Below, piece after piece: positions 54,440-64,000 of a DNA stretch of 64,000 nucleotides. Origin of the DNA: Trichoplax adhaerens (Eukaryota; Animalia; Placozoa); assembly GCF_000150275.1 (NCBI RefSeq), contig NW_002060943.1, positions 8,192,066-8,256,065 on the forward strand, written 5' to 3'. Within the stretch, counting starts at the first letter, position 1; each line of letters starts with the position of its first letter. The translations under genes were made by a program, and so were the position numbers. Under the pieces are notes generated by a model, which was given only the letters and a program-made list of their open reading frames with translations, was not told where the DNA came from and did not search any database.

Positions 54440-55200
54440 CGGAAAAGGGTAATACCTTTCGGGTCATTTATATAACATAGATTGTAAGATATGAGTTGAA
54501 GGAATACCTTAAAATTATAAACTCGCATCAGTTGCAAGGCACTTGCTTATTCTAAAGATTTTTACAGCTACGGTCACTAATGCTTCTAGTTAATCTAGAC
54601 GTAAAAGGTAATACCTATCGAGTCGCTTATATGCCATAAGAATAGATATAGTCTATTCCGGGGATATAAGTTTAAGGATGTTGTCACGGTGTTGAAGACC
54701 ACCGTTAAGTATACTGTATAGATACGTTGTATTGATCGTTATGCAGTAGCTACATTGTCGTAAGGTTATAGTTTGTAAAACTAACTCATTTTCCAGTATA
54801 GGCAAGTAAATTCGTTAGATACCTAATTTATAGAGAGCTTAACGGTGAGGTTGTGCTCTGATCATGACAGCCTCGTGTTATATGCGTACTCGAACGTATT
54901 TTTAAAATAGAGTATAAGGAGAAAGCCTATATCGTTTTTGTCGTGAAACTTAAGTAAAAGGTTCATAGTTATCACGGGAAATTAATGTTGATGAGTAGTT
55001 CGAGATAGAAGAAGACTCGGAAAAATCTCCGGTGTATCTTTGTCACGAGAAGAATATATACTTCTATGTATTGGTGACAGATATATAAAAATTACAAATT
55101 CATGGACGGGTAAAAAACTATACGAGATTCTTACAGCCGTAGTCATTATTACAATTTAGATAGGCAATATAAACAAAGGTAATGCCTACTAGGGCTCTTC
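54440..55200. repeat. Diverged tandem/dispersed repeat upstream of NT5DC
   Basis: AARGGTAATRCCTW at ~54446, ~54604, ~55175; (T)GTCACG-like words at ~54682, ~54970, ~55040; GATATRAGTTKAAGGA at ~54488 and ~54663. Confidence 0.5.
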
Positions 55201-58200
55201 AAAAAATAATAATAATATAAACTTTCATACATGTCGAATTGATACATATACTAAGTATAGAATTGTGTTGTACGTTGGATCATTTCTATATCCTTGTATG
55301 CATCGACATGAATGGAAAAGTAATTTATAGCCTGTCTAGGTAATTAATTGGCGACCAACAATTGGTTATTAAATTAATCATTACAATTGATTAATTAATG
55401 CAGGATAGGCAATAGAATAGTCGATACGAAGTCTTTTATACCGCAATAATGCTATACAGTATAAAAGTAAGCCAAGGACTTGAACTTACAATAGATTTAA
55501 ACAGTCCGTTACATGTGTTTAGAATATTCGTGACAATAAAAATGGATTTTCGTTGATAATCTATGTACGGAAGGATGTGTAACAAATAAACTATTAAAAT
55601 TGGCTAGGATTAAACTGAGAGAGTAACATGCGATCGAAACGGTCCTATTTTGGAGGAGAAGGGCTTTTAAAGTTTGACGGAGATCATATAATTATTTGTT
55701 TACGCATAATAATAATAGACAAATACTGTAACAAGAAAATAGGCTTTAATGGCATGGAGATGAAATAGATATGTGTAATAGTAGAACTGCATATATAAAG
55801 GCCAAGTTTGAATTAATTAGAAGTAGATATTACGCAAAGTTTTTTATCGGTAGGCTTTGTGGAGAATTGATCAAACTAGCGATTACGAATATCAATGTCG
55901 ATTCGATGCGGATAATTTTATTTATGATGTAGAGTCCATGCAGGGGGGGGGGGGGATTTATGGCCATGGGATTTATTTTGCACTTACAGAATTAGAAGAA
56001 AGGTTGAAAGAGGGTTCATTTACACCCTTTCCATTAATGATTCTTTCGCTGTTTGTCTTAGCGTAAGTTTAAATCTTGGGCGTTTATTGGATTTCAAGCC
56101 AACGTGTAAGTGCCAAGCTATGTCTTCAATGGGCCATTGCAGATCATAAAACTGTCGTGCAAAAGTAATTCATTTTGCCATACAATCTTGGCTGCTATGT
56201 TGACGGAAGGGTTCAAAACCATAGATGATAGAAGGATAGATAGTCATTGATATACGTAGTTTACAAAAATGTCGTGGGGTTAAGGCTATCCACTGAAATT
56301 CTGTAGTAGTTTATGATAGAGAATTGACAATGTCAATGGATTACTGAAAATGGATAAATTGATTTTTCAACCTAATTTGGCTATTAATTAATAAATAAAG
56401 ATTGAATTACGTTTTTATCAAGGTTAACAGGTATCAAAATGAACATCGTATAGTCAGTAACAAGGATCTTTTTCAACAGCATAATGATTATACCAAAATA
56501 ATCATTTAAAAAAGAGACGAATGGCTAAAAATAGACGCAGGTGATAACGGCTGTCCTATCTAACGATATGCAATCAGACTAAAAGTTCGTTTTCTGCATG
56601 CACACAGCAAAACAAATATGTTTATTTTATGTTTTTATTTTACAAAACATTGGTCGTGATGAATATCCAAGATAGGCCATTAGAATCAAGCAACAGAAAG
56701 TCAGTATACTGCTTCGATTGAAAATTACTACTGGATGTCTATAGTTACAACCTATCCCTTTACTCCTTAACATGTGATGGACCCTTTTCCCACACCACCG
56801 TTGACATGAAGAGAGAGTTGTAGCATACATAGATTGGATAGGTTCAAAATTCAATTTGTGTATGGCAACAACATGATCGTTGAAAGTTATTCCTTAACTA
56901 AGGGAAACTACAATAACTTAATCATCGTAGGCAACGACACATTTCTATCGCCTTGACTGAACAAATTTAACGTCATTCTAGGCATGCTAGCACATAATAT
57001 TTTTACTTTTCGGAAGGAATCCATTTGATGGCCGAAAGGGCACGATAGAGATGGAACATGTACCGAATGCATGTGTTGGTTTCTTTGCATGGTACTGGTC
57101 TTCAATCATGGATTGAACGAGTCAAGGGTACTAGTCTACTGCGGGGAGAAGAATCGTAATTTTAACGACTTGGTGATACTTGTATATAATACAACATGTC
57201 GAGAGATGAGAAAGGGATCATTTAAGCGTATTATCAACATCTATTTCGGAAAAATATGTAATTGACTCTGTCATTTTCCTTGTCACAGCCGGAAAGAAAT
57301 CGACTCCACCACAGTAGTACACGTCTAGTTGAGGGGTAAGCTACGATTACTGTATAAATGGCAGGCTGCAATCATAGAAAGAATCTAAGTGATGGAAGTC
57401 GATTAACTACTATTCCTTAATCACTAGCAGTATATATAAACCGATGACGGAAATTATTCCTTCGATGAATCCATGTTGCAAATGATGCGAAATACTTACT
57501 CAACGATTTCTCTTTATCAATTCTGTAAGAATCGAGCAAGGCTGATGCCGAACTGACATCGCTTTGGACCTTATTATAACTTCGATGCAGTACATAATAA
57601 GGCAGACTTGTCCAATTTCTCTTTAAATATCTTGACAGCATCGTTTATGGGTACAGATCATAAATCATAAGGGGAAAACAGGCAAAACGAAATAGAAATG
57701 GTAGCTACTAGGGGAAATTGAAAATGATTGTGGGTGTCGTCGATGACAATTCTGCTCATGTAGCGGGTATGATGCAGTTGACCGTGCTGTATACGGTAGA
57801 CAGACACAGACTGGGCGGACGGTATCACGTGGTGTATTAATTGGAGTTGTGTTTGCGATACCGTATAGTCGACTGTATGGGAGTTCTTGTCCATCCATTC
57901 GACCGCATGGCGGTACTTAATGTAAAATCAATCAGAAGACTCTTACTCTAACTGTGATTAACTCTAATGTTGATCCGCAAAATTGATCAGAAGACTCCTT
58001 CTACTCTCCCTACAGCTAAACACAAGGTCGATGAGCTAGAAGAGTGTAAAGATGCACGAACAATATGCGAAATCCAACGATGTCTCGTGTTGCTCTGCAC
58101 GATTGCATCGCTAGTTGGCTACCTAGCTAATGGAAGTTGAGAAATTCTCTAACTGCAAAGATCTATTGCTCTTCATTTTATTGTACTACAGCACTATTAC

Positions 58201-58787
58201 TATACACAGTACAGCACAAAACCAATCCAATGTGGTGTATGTTCGAGTGGTAGGCGTAAGGTAGAGTAGAAATGGTCAGCAAAGTGGTCATCAACCTCTT
58301 CCATTTCCACTGTCGAGAACGATAGTTGGACATCCTTTTCTCTTTGAGTAATCCTTGTTCACTCAGTGCTCATGCCATCTCCTCTTGGACTTGACCATTG
58401 ACTATAACACAGACTACTCTATTTCTACTGTAGGAATGGAGTAGTCCAAGCGATTTCGCGGATAGAGAGCTTTTAAGACTGCGTCGACACTTATAAACTT
58501 GTAGAGTCTGGCGCCAGTACTGCCGTTAGTGGTGGAACTTGTTGCAGTATTTGCATCATGAATTCAACTTGCAAAATGTGTAAAACCAATGTCCTAGAAA
58601 GCCTTAAGCGATGAGTTAACTGACGACATCTGTTTTACACAGTTGTGGACAAACAGCGATTTGATGTTGAAATAAATGACTGTACCGTTTTCGACGTACA
58701 GAATCGCTCAAATGCATCAGGCCATAGACTAATCTATCAAATGTAGTCTTGTCCTGTATGCGCTGGTATCATCGACAGCGCCAATCC

Positions 58788-59760
58788 CCTAGCGATTTCC
58801 ATAATTCAAACTCGATATCGTTCAATTGGCATCAAGTCGTAAACTACTTTTAATTGAATACGACAACAAGTATGAAAGATATTATGTGGTAGGTTAAAGT
58901 ACACAGTAATACTATAACTATTACACGCAATAGGGCAATGTTGCTTAGCGTATCGATAAGTACTTCGAAATTTAGCCTAGAGCGATTTCGATAATTCAAA
59001 ACTCGATATCGCTTACCATCCAAGTCTACTGTACTTTGAATTGAATACAACAGCTATCATAGAGGCAAAATTTAGAACTGCTCTACAAGTACAATAAAGG
59101 ATAGACAGCAGTAATAACATCGGTGTTGCATGCAATGTCGCTTAGTGTATCTATCAGTACCTCAAAATTGAGCCTAGAGCGATTTCGATAGTTCAAAACT
59201 CGATATCGCTCACCATCCAAGTGGTCAACTACTTTTAATTGAATACAGTAACTATTCTAGACGTCAAAAATGGGGAACTGTTTTACCACTACGAATATGA
59301 TATTATGGACTACTAGCAATTTGTGGTTGTCTACTGATACAAGTAGTAATAGTATAGTAGTCAATTGCTTTTAATTGAATACAGCAACTATCCTAGACGC
59401 CAAAAATGGGGAACTGTTCTACCAATCCGAATAATATTATCTGTTCTAGACGCCAAAAATGGGCAACTATTCTACCACTACGAATGAGATTATGGACAAC
59501 TAGCAATTTGTGGTCGTCCACTGATACAAGTAGTAATAGTATAGTGGTCAACTGCTTTTAATTGAATACAGTAACTATCCTAGACGCCAAAAATGGGGAA
59601 CTGTTCTACCACTACGAGTATGATATTATGGGGAACTATTCTACCACTACGAATGATATTATGGGGAACTATTCTACCACTACGAATGATATTATGGGAA
59701 CTATTCTACCACTACAAATGAGATTATGAACAACTAGCAATTTGTTGTGGTCGTCTACTG
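58788..59760. repeat. Compound nested tandem repeat (~190-bp, ~135-bp and 33-bp units)
   Basis: TTTWAATTGAATAC-like anchor at ~58848, 59036, 59234, 59369, 59556; CCTAGAGCGATTTCGATA..TCGATATCGCT x3 (first degenerate); CTAGACGCCAAAAATGGG-like x4; ATGGGGAACTATTCTACCACTACGAATGATATT x4 at ~59593-59726. Confidence 0.95.
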
Positions 59761-60839
59761 ATGGCAGTACAGTAAGACGTCGAAATTGAGCCTTTACTAC
59801 TGACATACATACAGACAGACAGAGTACGGACTGTGGACTGTAAAATACAATACTGTGCTACCGTACTGTACAGTACAGTATCGTATTGGGTGTACAGTAC
59901 TTTATGGTCGTGTGTACAATACCATGTACTGTAGACGAAACGCGCCGTCAAACGGCGCATGGCCGACAGCCTTATTATTATGCAAATGAGAATATTTCCA
60001 CAGCAACCAAAAACTGCAACAAAAGTCTCAACGTTTACAACGTTGATCGTTAACGTTAGCCAATATCGACTTAGTGGTCCATGTATGCTATCGGCAGACG
60101 GTATAAATCATGATGGATTGCGGTGGGATATGTTCTTGTATACAGTACACCAATTTCTTGCTGAAGAGTTGAGCAACACCGCCGATACTATTTACACTAC
60201 AACTAGCTGCATCATTCTGCAGTTAAATATCGACAAGATTGGTCCATTAGTAGAGGTCCTATCCAACAAAATTCAACTCTGAGTGATGACCTACTCAGTA
60301 CAGTTCAATCATTTTCAACGTAAACTTATTGAAAATCGATATCCAGCTATATTATCATCCTTGATTAAAGTATCAAGCAATTAAGAAAGGTAAGAATCAA
60401 TCTCTCATCCTGTTCATGTTTCACCTACATCAATACTGTAGATTTGAAGTTGAACAAGTATTATCATCACTCAATCACCTTCAATAACGACTAACATGGA
60501 TGTATGCAATATCATAAAAATACGATAGACATCACCTAACAACAATAAGAATAGCAGAATATCCTACAGTAATGATAATAATGAGCCAAACCCGTCGCAA
60601 TTCCACGGAATATAGTGCGATTTGAAGCAAATTTCTCAATGGATGTGATTGGATATTTCCAATCTTTTTAATTTGATGATAGTGTATGGTGTACGCCGCA
60701 AATCAATTCAATCAATCAATTCTTCGTCTTTCAATTTGAGTATAAAATCTTAGTCGATAACAATTTCCTAACCATCGTCAAATGATACTAAATGGAACGG
60801 TCAAAATTAGGAATAATCTGAATACAAAACGTGCATAGA

Positions 60840-61440
60840 ATGTTAAAAGTTACAAATTTCTAGTGTCTACAGCATATAGCATGAAAAGTGAATAGCCAAT
60901 ACGAGTGATTAATGATTATAGCAAATTTGACCGTCAATAATATAATATGAATAAACCTGATGCAGAATACATAAAGAATATTAAAAGTTCTAAAATTACA
61001 TTAATATATATCTACAGCACATAGCATAAAATAGGTCGCAACTAAGTACCAATGATAAAATAACGACAACATATACAGCTCAAGCAATGTTGAAAAGTTA
61101 TAAAAATATAGAAATGCGTCCTATTAATATAGCTACAGTAAAGACCATGAAAAAATTTCACTGCTAAATACGAAGGATAAAATAATTTCAACTAGTTTTA
61201 CCATTTATATGATAAATAACATATACAAAAGAACATCCATGATTATAAAATGTACATCATAGTCATATATCTACTGTGTGCAACACAAAAAATTGCGTAG
61301 CTAAATACTAACGATGAATTGATTATAGCCAGTTTTTGCGATCTATACTATGAATCATTCTAAGAAAGGATGATATTCAGTAGAAGAAAATATCGAAAGT
61401 TAAAAGTGATAACATCTACAGTAAATAGCATAAAAAATAA
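60840..61440. repeat. Diverged ~140-bp tandem repeat (about 5 copies) upstream of the dynein ATG
   Basis: AAAAGTT...TCTACAGCAYATAGCATRAAA-like blocks at ~60842, 60981, 61090, 61240, 61396. Confidence 0.6.
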
Positions 61441-61568
61441 AGTAGAACTGCTTCCGTTATCACCTTGGGAGATAAGATGATTGTCAACTTTATACAGAAT
61501 CTAGATGGATAATACTATTAAAATAACACAATAAATCCACAGCTTCCATGTGCTCATTTATCTAGATC

Positions 61569-64000
61569 ATGGATCATGATGAAAGACTTCGCTGGCTTGA
61601 AACTAGAATCACTAGTTCACTACATGCTCGCTCAGAAGATGTTAAAAATCTTGTTTCCAATGAAGAAAATAGGTAAACTAACTAGGGCAATACACAATCC
61701 CTTCTTAAAAATTTGAATAACTCGTATTGTCATTTTATTACCTACTTTAAGTGATTGCAAATCAAAGCTTATATATAAGCAATTCCATCTCTACCCGATG
61801 TATAATTATAATTTTATCTCAATGTCTACAAAAATGACACTACAATAATAGTAATAATTGCATTGTGTGTATCAGCAACTTGCTCAATTCAATAGTAATA
61901 ACTAGGATATTAGTCTTGATAATTAAATTACCATAATTAAAAAAATTCTTTCAACTTATGCATGTAACTAACTCGAGTGATATTTCTTTACTAATTTGTT
62001 GATATGAATCATCCACCAATATTAGAAATGTTATTTCTGAATTCTTCAATAAAGAAGGCAAAAGAACTATGTATATCTATACACAAACAGCCGTTTTACC
62101 AGCATCATTAAAGGCTTCGTTTCAACCTCCATCAGATCTAGAAGATAAATTAATTTTAATTCAAAAATGCCCTGAGACAGGAAAAGTATCAAAAGATAAC
62201 ATTTCAGAAGAAATTTTCTATTGTGATTGCACTAAAAATCCTTTAGATCATTTAACCATGGTTTCACGTGAAGTCTATCTACCTATGCTATGCAATGAGC
62301 ATTTTAACGCAACCTATGGCGATGATAAAGTGATTGATGCGTTACAAAAGTGTCTTAGCAGTTTTCAAATTACTCGCGGTCATGTTGATGTTAGTAATAA
62401 TGTATATCTAGCGAATTAAATTAACTTGTATACTTCATTTTTAAAGCTTATTAAAATTTTGGGCAAAATTATTCCTACTTTAATATTTAATTTTACTATT
62501 TTCAATGTAATGACTCCTTTTCCAATAGGGCCAAATTATTTTACCACTCCCGCCTATTGACATCCTGGCAGATGCAACAACTTATTCTAATCGTAGTGCT
62601 GCAGTTATCCATTTACTAGAATCGGTCATGATTGGTTGGATTAAACAAATCAAAGTTGCTCTACGATTTGAACCTAGTCATGAAATTATGAAACTTTCTG
62701 ATCATAATCGTCCCGGACCTTTAGCAGAAGTTGAAGTTAGTTTAACAAATTTATTCTTAATCGATGTGTTCACAATATTAATTAGCTCAAAATTAACTAT
62801 TCCTATACATGATAGATTTGGACAGATCGTTACAAGCGTTTAAATCACATTATGGAGCAACTGGATCAGCCACTTGCAAGTGATATTTTAAATGATTTAG
62901 AGAACGCAAATAGCACTTATTGGCATTCATTTCTTAGCGTTCGAAAAGATATCCTTAAAGTAAGTGTAGTTTAGGGTAAAAATTAAACTAACGTTATAAT
63001 ATATTGCTGACGTAATGTTCGTCTATGGTTTCACTAATGATATACCCAATTGGTTATGCTTTAAGTAATTCAATAACGATCTAGCCTACCCTAACTGAGT
63101 CTAAATACAGCTCATTCATAGCTTTATTTAAACTTTTTCTGATTATATGCAAAGTAAAATTAGACATGTAGATAACAGGTCTAGTACTTAAATTATTTTT
63201 TATCTTAAAATACTTAGGCACTCGCTGAAACACGATCAAACTTGGTCTATCTGAATACCATGGTACCTTGGTTTCAAAAATTACACGAAGCTTACGAATC
63301 TGATGCTATAGCTTCAGTTTTTCCACCACTTATTCATCTACTCTATTTGGTTTGGAGTAATTCTAAGTTAGTACACGTAACTATTTGTTAGTAGGAAAAT
63401 CAATAAAACATAATTAAAGTGATACCCTTGCAAGGATATTCAAAGTAACATATTCGACTAATAGAACCGCGTGAAATAATATTATTATTATTTTAAATGC
63501 TGTAGATACTACCATGGTGTCAGCCAATTCCATCGGTTACTATCTTTGATTGCTAACGAAGTTGTTAATCGAGCTCAAAAACTTGTAGGTAAAAGGATTC
63601 TTGAAGATACAGAAGAGGTAATAACGTTATCCAGTGGTAACAAGTCTTTTTATTTATTCTCATAGCCAGAATATGGATAAAGTATTGTGTACATATACAT
63701 GTATACTCGTATATCTATACATTTATTTTATTTTGTCATTTTACAAAAATTCTACTTTCACTTAATATCATTATAGTCGTACCTGAGGTTGAAAGATGCT
63801 CTCAGAGTATGCGCCCGATTTCGTGGCATTTACTTAGACAAAAAAGACAAAGCAGATTCTTTGAATAGGAGCAAAATGGCTGCTCTTTCTGATACAATGT
63901 ACGTAGAACATCAATAATATGATGAAAGTAGATGAATGAGTTTGCTATAGAAAGGACTTACTTATTAATCGTATTGTTTTAGGTACGGAACTGGAGTGGA
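61569..64000 (+). CDS. Dynein heavy chain, axonemal-type, N-terminal tail (DHC_N1); runs past window end
   Basis: MDHDERLRWLE..; PLDHLTMVSREVYLPML; GHVD|GQIILPLP; IHLLESVMIGWIKQIK; PGPLAEVE|IW; NSTYWHSF; LAETRSNLVYL; FPPLIHLLYLVWSNSK|YY; LIANEVVNRAQ. Confidence 0.88.

Noticed and set aside
58788-59760. CRISPR-like array
   Set aside because: Inter-repeat segments are themselves repeated (no unique spacers), no cas genes, eukaryotic context.

Overview
AT-rich, compact, intron-dense animal DNA. Short GT-AG introns, an intronless rhodopsin-type GPCR and a 50-N scaffold gap fit a placozoan such as Trichoplax, but that is inference. Genes in order: unknown coiled-coil gene (+), orphan GPCR (-), a zone of decayed genes (EF-hand and CARD relics, repeats), FBXL18 (-) head-to-head with MED14 (+), UVRAG (-) head-to-head with UGGT (+), NT5DC2/3-like HAD nucleotidase (-), a decayed spliced locus with complex tandem repeats, and the 5' part of an axonemal-type dynein heavy chain (+). 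Most notable: (1) dense TACAGTA/TACTGTA 'islands' at all three divergent promoter regions, one built as a ~370-bp palindrome with ~90%-identical arms; (2) two U12-type intron candidates (MED14, UVRAG) and a GC-AG intron (UGGT); (3) a 46-bp hAT-like mini-element with a perfect 8-bp TSD; (4) UGGT's KDEL on a separate terminal micro-exon; (5) tRNA-minihelix-like hairpins ending in ACCA inside a tandem repeat; (6) an in-frame TGA in FBXL18 beside the gap. Gene models were spliced by eye and homologies rest on recalled motifs; no searches were run.
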